Assembly: GCA_017959745.1 (NCBI GenBank)
Contig: JAGDAA010000112.1
Location: 1 to 57,442, forward strand
DNA from: Clostridia bacterium
GTDB lineage: Bacteria; Bacillota; Clostridia; Oscillospirales; SIG627
Direction of reading: 5' to 3'
DNA: 57,442 bases
Under the pieces are notes generated by a model, which saw nothing but the letters and a program-made list of their open reading frames with translations, was not told the origin of the DNA and ran no database searches. The position numbers were made by a program, and so were the translations under genes. Shown here piece by piece: positions 7,573 to 17,400 of this stretch. Within the stretch, counting starts at the first letter, position 1. Each line of letters opens with the position of its first letter.

Positions 7573-8766
7573 TCAGGCCGCTTCCGCTTGGGCTTGGGTT
7601 TCCGCCGCGCTTCTCAGCATATTTTCAATGAATATGCCGTATCCCCGCTTCGGATCCCGGAGCATTACGTGGGTCACTGCTCCGATGAGCTTTCCGTCCT
7701 TCAGAATGGGACTGCCGCTCATCCCCTGTATGATGCCCCCGGTTTTTTCAAGCAGTTTTTCATCCGTGATCCTGATGACAAAGTTTTTGGTTTCCCCGTC
7801 CCTGTCGCAGATGGTTTCGATGACCGCTTCATAGGGCTGTTTCCCCGTTTCATCCAGCTGACAAAGGATGGTGATCTTGCCCGGCTTGATCTCCCCTTTC
7901 AGAGCGATAGGGATGGCTTCTTTACCCGCGCTGTCCGCGTCATACGCCGCGCCGTATATCCCGGTGGGAGTGTTTGCCCGGATAGCGCCGACGGCTTCTT
8001 CCGTCAGCTCACCCCGGATCTCCCCGGGTTCCGCGGCGGTGGCGCGCTTCACGCTTTCCGGATTTGCCCGGCAGATTGTGCCCCGGCACAGGGGCAGAAG
8101 TTCGCCGCTTTCCCGGTCGCAGACCCCGTGGCCCAGTCCGGCGAAGGTCCCGCTTGCCGGGTCCGTGAAGGTCACCGTGCCGATGCCGGCGGCGGCTTCA
8201 CGCACCCACAGCCCGGCGCGCCAGACCCCGTTTGGATCTTTCGCCGGCGTCAGGATCACCGACCGTTCCTCGCCGTTCTTTTCCACGTCAAGACGCACGG
8301 CTTTCCCGCCGGATTTTGCCAGCATCCTCGTAAAGGATGCCGCACCCCGCAGAGAGATGCCGTTTACGTTGAGAATGCGGTCCCCCGGCGCGATCCCCGC
8401 CTCTTCGGCGGGGCTTCGGTCGGTTCCTTCCACGTTTCCGACGCCGGACACGATCAGGCCTTCGATCTCCATGCGGATGCCGAACAGCTCCCCGCCCGGG
8501 ATCAGACTGACTTTCTCGAAGGATTCCACCGCCACGCTTTTGACCGGCAGGATGCCGAAGGCGAGGATCCGTCCCCGTTCTTCGTTCTCCTCCGCGGGTT
8601 CGGCGGCGGCTTCCAGGGAGAAGCACAGGCGGCTTTCCACCTCTTCTCCCGCGAAACGGCTGATCCGGTCCGGAAAGACCAGATCACCCGAAGCGACCAG
8701 GGATAAAACCAGGAAGAAAAGAAAGAGGGCGCCCTTCCACAGACGCTTTGCGGTTTTCTTTTCCAT
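7573..8766 (-). CDS. spoIVB: SpoIVB peptidase (S55 signalling protease with PDZ domain)
   Basis: N-terminal TM anchor, a PDZ region (GIAPGDRILNVNGISL), GTVTF...GHG and a catalytic GMSGSPI motif. It is adjacent to spo0A, as in Bacilli and Clostridia. Start set at ATG 8766 (GAAGGGA RBS). Confidence 0.9.
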   Translation of the reverse strand: MEKKTAKRLWKGALFLFFLVLSLVASGDLVFPDRISRFAGEEVESRLCFSLEAAAEPAEENEERGRILAFGILPVKSVAVESFEKVSLIPGGELFGIRMEIEGLIVSGVGNVEGTDRSPAEEAGIAPGDRILNVNGISLRGAASFTRMLAKSGGKAVRLDVEKNGEERSVILTPAKDPNGVWRAGLWVREAAAGIGTVTFTDPASGTFAGLGHGVCDRESGELLPLCRGTICRANPESVKRATAAEPGEIRGELTEEAVGAIRANTPTGIYGAAYDADSAGKEAIPIALKGEIKPGKITILCQLDETGKQPYEAVIETICDRDGETKNFVIRITDEKLLEKTGGIIQGMSGSPILKDGKLIGAVTHVMLRDPKRGYGIFIENMLRSAAETQAQAEAA

Positions 8767-8810
8767 GCTCGTTTTCCCTTCGTTTTCGTCCGATTCGTTT
8801 CGGACAAGTT

Positions 8811-8840
8811 TACTATGCGCCGCACCGGGAGAAAATATGA
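8811..8840 (-). promoter_or_regulatory. possible forespore (sigma-F/G-like) promoter of spoIVB
   Basis: Reverse strand reads TCATA-18 nt-CATAGTA. The remembered sigma-G consensus is GHATR-N18-CATXHTA, so the first -35 base deviates. Confidence 0.3.
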
Positions 8841-8871
8841 CTTGGGAATAGCGGCAGTTTTTTGAATTTTG

Positions 8872-8900
8872 TTGCAATTTGTTTTCAACTGATGTAAAAT
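8872..8900 (+). promoter_or_regulatory. sigma-A-type promoter for the 8954 gene
   Basis: TTGCAA-17 nt-TAAAAT. Confidence 0.5.
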
Positions 8901-8953
8901 TAAGTGAATATTTTTAACGGAAACCGAATGGTTTTCCGCGGAAAGGGAAGGCT

Positions 8954-9703
8954 ATGGCAAACGGCTTTTCGCAAAACGGCTTCGGCGGGATCACGGAGCA
9001 CCTGGTCCCCCTGGCGGAGAAAAAACTGATCCTGCGCCGTCAGCTTCTGGCGGGCGGGGGCGGCGGCGTCCTCACCCTGGCGGCGCTCTTCCTGGCGTTT
9101 CGCTTCCCGGCGCTGTTTCCCCTGTTTCTGATTTTGACCGTGGGCGCCGGCTGGCTCACCTTTTATCTGTGGCGCTACACCCAGGTGGAGTATGAGTATC
9201 TCATCGCCGACGGGGAAGTAACTTTTTCCGCCGTTTACGGAAAAAAATCCCGGCGGGATCTGTTCAGTTTTTCCGCGAAGGAACTGGAGAAGGTGGTTTC
9301 CTATCAGGCGGACCGGGAGACCTGCGACGCCTTTCCCGCGGACAAGACGTATTTTTTCGCCTCCAGCTACGAGGATGAGGACACCCTCTGCGCCCTTCTG
9401 AATCCGGAGGGCGGCGGCAAGGTGCGCCTCTTCTTCCAGGGGACGCCCGCCGCCGTTACGGCGCTGCGCCGCGCCAACCCCGCCGCCCTCAAAGGGATAA
9501 ACAAGTCCTCCAAACCGGCGAAAAAGGCGGATAAAGCCCCGGTGAAAAAGGCGGAGGAAGCCCCGGTGGAAGAAAAAGCCCCGAAGGAAACAGAGCCGCC
9601 CGCGGAAGAAAAAGCCCCGAAGGAGACAGAGCCGCCCGCGGAAGCGGACGGGGCGGCGCCGGAAAAGCCCGAAACAGAAGAAGGGGATAAGGCGGACGGG
9701 TAA
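8954..9703 (+). CDS. membrane protein with two TM helices and a K/E/P-rich repetitive tail
   Basis: Hydrophobic pair VLTLAALFLAFRFPALFPLFLILTVGAGWLTFYLW. The C-terminus contains EEKAPKETEPPAE twice. RBS GGGAAGG. Confidence 0.6.
   Translation: MANGFSQNGFGGITEHLVPLAEKKLILRRQLLAGGGGGVLTLAALFLAFRFPALFPLFLILTVGAGWLTFYLWRYTQVEYEYLIADGEVTFSAVYGKKSRRDLFSFSAKELEKVVSYQADRETCDAFPADKTYFFASSYEDEDTLCALLNPEGGGKVRLFFQGTPAAVTALRRANPAALKGINKSSKPAKKADKAPVKKAEEAPVEEKAPKETEPPAEEKAPKETEPPAEADGAAPEKPETEEGDKADG
9569..9640 (+). repeat. 36-bp tandem duplication inside the 8954 gene
   Basis: GAAGAAAAAGCCCCGAAGGA(A/G)ACAGAGCCGCCCGCG occurs twice, with one mismatch. Confidence 0.9.
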
Positions 9704-9709
9704 CAAATC

Positions 9710-9737
9710 TTTTCATATAGTTTTCACACAGTTTTCA
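9710..9737 (+). promoter_or_regulatory. three TTTTCA direct repeats at exact 11-bp spacing (response-regulator-type operator) upstream of htrA
   Basis: TTTTCA at 9710, 9721 and 9732. A TAGAAT -10 lies at 9749-9754 with no recognisable -35. Confidence 0.45.
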
Positions 9738-9806
9738 TTTTGATCCTTTAGAATGACAACGCGGAGAAAGGCGGGGCAGACCCGCCAAGAAAGGACTGTG
9801 ATCAGT

Positions 9807-11276
9807 ATGACAGATGAATATCGGGATCCTACGGAACAGGAGAGAAACGAACAGGTCCCGCCGGCGACGACGGAAAGCGCCGGAACGGAACAGGCCGGGC
9901 GGTATGAAGCGCCCGCCGCTCCGGTAGGGGATGCCGCGGAAGAAAAAGTGACGCCGCCCGCCCAATCGGGTCAGAGCGCGGGCTTTTGGAACGGCGCCTA
10001 CGATCCCCGGACCCAGACGGGGCAGCATTACGCGCCGGACGGATCCCCCCGTCCCGCGGCGATGTCCCGGGATGCCTGGGGCAACCCGATCCAGCCCCCG
10101 GCGCCGAAGAAAAAGAAGACCGGCCTGATCGTGGGCATATCTATTGCCGGCGTGGCGTATCTGGTCCTGCTGGCGCTGGTTTTGGTGATGCTCAGCGGCA
10201 GGGGTGTCGTCAATAAGCCCACGGATGCCCCGGTGGACGTGGAACAGGGCGAGCGCGCGGAGACCGAGCCCAAGCGGGACAACGCCCCCATCGTCACGGA
10301 GAAGGGGAAAGACGGCAAAGGCACCATTGTGAATCCGGATTACACCGGCGAGGTCCTTACCCCCGCGGAGGTTTACAAAAGCAACGTGGACAGCGTTGTG
10401 TACGTGGAAGCCCTTTTCTCCAATAAAAAGGGCATGGGATCCGGCTTTGTCATCGACGACGAGAACGGATATATCCTGACGAATCACCACGTGGTGTCGG
10501 GGAGCGAGGAGGTTTCCGTCACCCTGAACAACGGAGACAGCTATGAAGCCACCGTGATCGGCGGGGACGAGATCAACGACATCGCCGTTCTGAAGGTGGA
10601 AGCGCCACACCTGCGGAAGGTCACCATCGGCGATTCCGACAAGATCGAGATCGGCAGCTACGTCAACATCATCGGCAACCCCCTGGGTGATCTGACCTTT
10701 ACCATCACCCGGGGCGTCATCGGCGGCGTAGCCCGTTCCATCCCCAACGGCGAGTACAACGTGAAGGTGTTCCAGACGGATGCCGCCATCAATGGAGGCA
10801 ACTCCGGCGGTCCCGCTCTTGACGATACCGGCGCCGTGATCGGCATCGCCTCCGCCAAGTACGCGGATATCGCCGTGGAGGGCATTTGCTTCTGTATCCC
10901 CATCAACGACGCCATCGCCGTCGCCAAGGACCTGGTGGACTACGGCTACGTGAAGGGCAGACCCAATTTCGGCGTGGTGGTTTCCACTTCCTCCGGTTAC
11001 GCTTACAGCACCGACCCCTTCGGACGCCGCACCATTGTGGAGACCATGCCCGGCGCCGTGGTGGAGCGGATCGATGAAAACGGCTGCGCCGCGAAAGCGG
11101 GCCTTAAGGTGGGGGACGTGATCACCAAGCTGGGGGACGTCAAGATCAACAGCGCCGCCAAGCTGATCAACGAAAAGCTCAATTATAAGGCGGGGGACAC
11201 CGTCACCCTCACAGTCTTCCGGGACGAGCAGGAATTGACCCTCACCGTGACCCTGGACGAATACAAACCCGATTAA
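9807..11276 (+). CDS. htrA: HtrA/DegP-family serine protease (TM anchor, trypsin-like domain, PDZ)
   Basis: GSGFVIDDENGYILTNHHVV (His), DIAVLKV (Asp), GNSGGPAL (Ser) and a C-terminal PDZ (GLKVGDVITKLGD). Start moved to ATG 9807; the track start at 9753 overlaps the -10 element. Confidence 0.9.
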   Translation: MTDEYRDPTEQERNEQVPPATTESAGTEQAGRYEAPAAPVGDAAEEKVTPPAQSGQSAGFWNGAYDPRTQTGQHYAPDGSPRPAAMSRDAWGNPIQPPAPKKKKTGLIVGISIAGVAYLVLLALVLVMLSGRGVVNKPTDAPVDVEQGERAETEPKRDNAPIVTEKGKDGKGTIVNPDYTGEVLTPAEVYKSNVDSVVYVEALFSNKKGMGSGFVIDDENGYILTNHHVVSGSEEVSVTLNNGDSYEATVIGGDEINDIAVLKVEAPHLRKVTIGDSDKIEIGSYVNIIGNPLGDLTFTITRGVIGGVARSIPNGEYNVKVFQTDAAINGGNSGGPALDDTGAVIGIASAKYADIAVEGICFCIPINDAIAVAKDLVDYGYVKGRPNFGVVVSTSSGYAYSTDPFGRRTIVETMPGAVVERIDENGCAAKAGLKVGDVITKLGDVKINSAAKLINEKLNYKAGDTVTLTVFRDEQELTLTVTLDEYKPD

Positions 11277-11302
11277 GAACGAAAGATCAAGAATACGCAA
11301 AG

Positions 11303-11332
11303 AAAAAACAGCCCAACCGGGCTGTTTTTTCT
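11303..11332 (+). terminator. rho-independent terminator of htrA
   Basis: AAAAAA-CAGCCC-AACC-GGGCTG-TTTTTT. Confidence 0.8.
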
Positions 11333-11381
11333 TTGCTTTTTGAGAATTGTTGGAAAAGGCGCAAAAAGCGCCCCGTTTCAA

Positions 11382-11410
11382 TTGACAGAGCAGGGGGGTG
11401 ATGTTACAAT
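11382..11410 (+). promoter_or_regulatory. near-consensus sigma-A promoter of the giant surface-protein gene
   Basis: TTGACA-17 nt-TACAAT. The spacer contains a G6 run at 11393-11398. Confidence 0.65.
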
Positions 11411-11476
11411 TTATCTGTATTATTGTTTCCTCTTCTTTGTCGCGCGCGGGGAAACGGGAAAAGGAGAATCAGTTTA

Positions 11477-14400
11477 ATGAAACGCATCTTTCGATCCGCG
11501 CTGGCACTTTTGCTGGCAATCGTTATGACGGTCGGCGCCCTGCCTCTGTCCGTTTTTGCTTATGGCGACGGCGGAGAAGGCGGCGAGTCCCCCCTCGTCA
11601 TCTTTCCGGAACGCCGGAGGATGAAAGCGTCTGGTCGTACGACGCCATAGACGAGACCTCGGTGAAGATCACCGGCTACAGCGGTGAGCGCACCGCCGTG
11701 GTCGTGCCCGCCACCTTAGGCGGCAAAGCCGTCACCGAGATCGGCGACTACGCCTTCTATTGGAAGAACTCCCTGCAGGGCGTGCGCATCCCCGAGGGCG
11801 TCACCAGGATCGGGTACCAAGCGTTCTACTACTGCACGGCTTTGACCGCCGTGGAACTGCCGTCCACCCTCACCACCATCGGCGGTTACGCGTTCGATTA
11901 CTGCAACAGTCTGACTTCCATAGATCTGCCCGCCGGACTTAAAACCATTGAGTACGACGCTTTCTATAACTGCAATAAACTCACGGGCGTCACCCTGCCC
12001 GCGGGATTGGAGACCATCGGGAACAACGCGTTTTCCGGCTGCTCCGCGCTCACCGGGATCACCCTGCCCGCCTCCCTCACCAACGTGGGCGACGGCGTCT
12101 TCATGTACTGCACCGGTCTGAAGTCCTTCGATCTGGGATCGCTCACCGCCGTTCCCGTCGCCATGTTTTACGGCTGCAGCGGGCTGGAGACCGTAACGTT
12201 TTCTCCCGCTATCACCGAGATCCGTCGGGAAGCGTTCTACAACTGCTCCTCTTTGAAGAGTGTCACCTTTACGGATAACGTCACCGTCATCGGTCAATCC
12301 GCCTTTGCCTACTGCAAGGCGCTGGAGAGCGTGACCCTGCCCGCGTACCTTACCACCCTGGGCGGCTACGCCTTCGATCACTGCAGCGCTCTGACGTCCA
12401 TCGCCTTGCCCGGCACCCTCACCAGCGTGGGTGAATACGTGTTTCAGTACTGCAGCAAGCTTACGAGCTTCACCTGCGGCTCCAACATGACCTCCATCCC
12501 CAACGGGATGTTCGCTTACACCGGGATCACCACCTTGGTGCTGCCGGAATTCATCACCCGGATCGGCAACTACGCTTTCAGAGGTTGTAAATCTCTTTCT
12601 TCCGTTACCTATGAGGGCGAGATCACGGCCATCGGTTCTTACGCCTTTGACGGATGCACTGGTCTTACGAGCTTTGTCATCCCCGCCACCGTCACCGAAT
12701 TCGGCGAATACGTCTTTGCCAACAGCGGTTTGACGAGCGTCATCCTGCCTGAGAATGTGAAAAAGGTCCCCTACGCCATGTTCAGCGGCTGCGCGGATCT
12801 GACTCAAGTCACTCTGGCGGAAGGCACCACCGAGATTGCGGGCTACGCCTTCAGCGGCTGTTCTTCCTTGACGGAGATCGCTCTGACTCCCACCCTGGAG
12901 AAGATCGGCTCCAACGCCTTCCGGTCCAGCGGGCTCACCGAGATCGTTTTCCCCGCCAGCCTCAAGACCATCGAAGGCAGCGCCTTCAGCAACTGTGATT
13001 CCCTGACTTCCGTCACGCTCCCCAATAATCTGGAATCCTTCGGCGATAACGTCTTCTATGACTGCGACGCTCTTACCGCCGTGGACCTGGGGACGGCGCT
13101 GACCGTTCTCCCCGGCAGCACCTTCCGGCACTGCGATAGTCTGGAAAGCGTTTCCCTGCCCACCATTACCGAGATCGGATCCTACGCCTTCCAGAACTGC
13201 AAGGCTCTGGAGAGCGTCACCTTCGGCACCGCTCTGGAATCCATCGGCTACGCCGCCTTCCAGTACTGCGAAGGGCTCACCGGCGTGACCTTCCCCGCCT
13301 CCCTGAAGACCATCGATTCCTACGCCTTCTCCAACACGGGGCTCGTCACCGTGGAGATCCCCGAGGGCATGACCCGTCTGGAGCAGGCGTCCTTCGCCTT
13401 CAATCCCCATCTGACCTCCATCACCCTCCCCGCGAATCTTGAGTACGTCGGTCCCTACGCTCTGGAAGACGATACCGCGCTGACCACCCTTGTCATCCCG
13501 GACAGCGTCACCAGGATCGAGTACGACGCCTTTGAGGGCTGCACCGCGCTCACCACCCTGACCCTGCCCGCGGGCCTTGAATCCATCAGCAACGACGCCA
13601 TCAGCGGCTGCAACGCGCTTACAAACCTTTCCATCGCGGACAGCAACGAACACTACTCCTGCCAGGGCAACTGCCTCATCGACAAGCAGAACAAGACCCT
13701 TCTCACCTTCCTGCCCAACAGCGTCATCCCCGACGACGGAACCGTTGAGAACATCGGCGAGTACGCCATCAACAGTATCTCCGGCATGACCGAACTGGTC
13801 ATCCCCGAGGGCATCAAATCCATCGAGGACTACGGCGTTTACAGCTATGACATCAAGACCATTACCCTGCCCTCCACCATTGAATCTCTGGGCTACTACG
13901 CCATCAATACTTCCAACCTGAAGGCGGTGCTGTACAACGGCACCCAGGAGATGTGGAACGCCATTGACGGCCTGAACAGCAACAACTACCTGACCCGCTC
14001 CAATACCCTGCGCATTTTCAAGGACGATATCACTTCCATCGCCTTGACCAGCGCCCCCGCCAAGACCGCGTACTTCGTGGGCGAGACCCTTTCCACCGAC
14101 GGCATGGCGGTGACCCTCACCTACAAGGATAACTCCACCGTGGATCTGACGAATGCCGTCAGCCTCTCCGACGTGGATATGACCACCGCGGGCGAAAAAA
14201 CCGTCACCGTCTCCTTCTTCGATCTGTGGACCGATACCTTCACCGTCACGGTGGAGAACTATCCCGAGATCGCTGTGGACGAGACCAAGGACGCCTTGAT
14301 CAACAACGGGGGAGAGCGGGCCTACTTCTCCTTCACCCCCACCGTGACCGGCAACTACGCCTTCACCTCCTCCGCCAGGATGGACACCTACGGCCAGATT

Positions 14401-17400
14401 TTCGATCTGCAGATGAACGAGCTGGCGTATGACGACGACAGCGCCGGCAGCAGTCAGTTCCGCGTCACCTACCGGATGGAAGCGGGCACGACCTATCTCC
14501 TCTGCGCCCGGTACTACGATTCCAGCATGGCGGGCGCTATCCCCGTGACCGTGACCAAACTGCCCGACGTCACCGGCATCACCCTGGACAAGGAGAGCTA
14601 TACGGGCTACATGGGAACCGGCTTCAACCTGTATACCACCCAGACGCCCTCCGAGGCTTTGGTGGAGCCGGTGGAATGGACTTCCTCCGATGAAAGCGTC
14701 GCCACGGTGAGCAATTACGGTTACGTGAAGCTGGTGGGCGATGGTACGGCGAATATCACCGCCACCACCCGGGACACCCGCCTGGTCGCCGCCTGCGCCG
14801 TGACCTCCGTCCAGCCGCCCGTCCTCACCGAGGAGGACCCGGTGACCGTGACCATTACCAACAACGATCAGGAAATGATGTGGTTCACCCCGACGGAAGA
14901 CGGCACCTACCGCTTCTACGGCTACGACTACGACAAGGAGGGCTTCATCGCCTGCTTCTACGTAGAAACCAAGGAAGGCTGGAGCGTATCCTACACCACC
15001 GGTACCAGCTATACCGACGCTGTCCTGGAGGCCGGCGAGCGCTACAGCGTTTATACCAACTTCAATTCCTACACCAGCCCCGGAAACGGCGCCTACACCG
15101 TTAAGGTCGGCAAGACCGTGCCCGCTACGGCGATCGTGCTGGACCGGACCTCCTACGAGGGCTATCCCCGGAACAATTTCACCCTGAACTACTCCTTTGA
15201 GCCCTGGAACGGCACCGCGGAAGACGTGGAATGGTCCACCACCGACATGGGCATTGCTTCCGTGAGCTACGGCTACGTGGTGCTGCAGAGCGTGGGCGAA
15301 GCCACCATCACCGCCACCAGTGAAAACGGATTGACCGCCACCTGCGCCGTGACGGTGAAGGACTTCGAGACCATCGCCCTGAACGAAACGAAGGACGTGG
15401 AGATCACGGAGAACAACGGCAGGGTCTACTACCGCTTCACCCCCGCCACAAACGGCGTCTACGTCTTCGAGACCTCCGATAACAGCAGGAAGTATATGTA
15501 CGCCGCCGTTCTGGACGGAGAGGACTTTACGGAACTGGATTCCGTCAACTACAACGCATCGAACCGCAACGCCCGGGTCTCCCACAAGCTCAGCGCCGGC
15601 ACGAGCTACGTGTTCACCGCGGGTTTTAACGATTATTACGATACCGGCAGCTTCAAGGTCACCCTCACCCAAAAGACCCCCGCCGCGGGTATGACCGTCA
15701 AGGGCAACGACACCGCTTACAGCGGCTTCTCCGGCTCCTACTACGTGGAGTTTGCCCCCAAGGACTGCGCCGAGGAGGACGTGACCTGGAGCTCCTCCAA
15801 CGAGGCGGTCGCCACTATCAATGAGTACGGCTACGCGGCGTTCCTCGCCGCGGGCAGCGTCACCTTCACCGCCACCAGCGAAAACGGCTTGACCGCGTCT
15901 CTGACCGTCACCGTGAAGGATCCCGTCGTCCTCACGGAGAACGTGCCGTCCGCCGCCAACATCACAAAGCAGGCGGGCGAGGAGTATCCCTACGGGGCGG
16001 TCTGCTTCGTTTTCACGCCCGCGACGGCGGGCAACTACGTCTTCGCCGTGCGGGACGTCTCCAACGACAATGAGATCTACATCACCGCGGAGACCGACGA
16101 ACGCTATTTTTCGTCCGACAGCGGGAAGCTCACGGCGGATCTCACCGCCGGCATGACCTGCCGGATCATGACCAGCATCTGCAGTTACCACGAGGGAGAG
16201 GACGTGACCGACTTCACCCTTACCGCGGCGAAGGAGGTCGCTCCCACCGCCGTGGTCATCGATCAGGGCGACGCCATGACCGGCTACGCCTACGATACCC
16301 GGCTCATCTCCTGGCACTTCGAGCCTTGGAACGCCCGTGAAGAGGACGTTACCGTCTTCTCCTCCAACGAGAGCGCGGTGCGCGCCGATTACAGCGAACT
16401 GACTCTTGTCGCGCCCGGTACCGCCGTCGTCACCGTACAGGCGGGCGATCTGTCGGATACCGTTTCCGTGACCGTCAAGGATTTCGATCCCATCACGGCG
16501 GGCGTGCCCGCGACTGCGACCGTCGCCGAGCCCGGCGCCGGGGCGTACTTCCGCTTCACGGCGCCTCTGGACGGCGATTATAAGTTCTATTCCACGGGCG
16601 CCTTTGACACCTACGGCGAATTGTTCGACGCCGGCATGGTTCCGCAAGCCGAGAACGACGACGGACCCGACCGGAACTTCTCCATGACCCGGGAGATGAA
16701 TGCCGGGGATCAGATCGTTCTGAAAGCCCGCCTCTATGATTCCAGCATGACCGGCAGCTTTGTCGTCCGGGTGGACCGGGTGAAGCACGCCGCAAGCGTC
16801 GCCGTCAAGACGATGCCCCGTCAGTCCCGGTACGTCACGGGTCACGTGATGGAGGCGCTGAACTACTACGGGCTCACCCTCACCGTCACCTGGGACGACG
16901 GGAGTACCACTGACTGGCACTACACAGGCAACACTTGGCAGGTGGGCGACACCTTCGTCAATCTCCAAGAGAGCAAGGACATTGAGACCACGGGACTGGT
17001 CACCGCCACCGTGGAGGACGCCTCCGTGGATCTGACGTTCACCGTCATTTCCGATCCCGTGGATCGCCTGGAAGTGGTGGAACCCAGCCAATATCAGTAC
17101 GTGGTGAACACCAACGGCGAATTGCGCACGGGACCGGACTCCTCCAGCTGGTATTTCTACGGGAACTGGGACAACCTGAACGACGCCAAAGTGAAGGTGT
17201 ACTTCAAGGACGGCACCTCGAAGACCGCCGACCTTGACGGCGACCTGAACGGCTACTGGGTGGAAATGCTGGACACCCAGACCAAAGACCACTGGACCGT
17301 GGGCAGCGATAACGTCATCACCTTCAGTTATCTGGGGCACACCGCCTCCATGAACGTCACGGTGGTGGAAAACCCCGTGGATCATCTGGAGGCGCCGAAG

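Noticed and set aside
11398-11476. ORF-track start of the giant gene at 11398
   Set aside because: It lies between the -35 and -10 hexamers of the best promoter. Its N-terminus is not signal-like, and it has no RBS.
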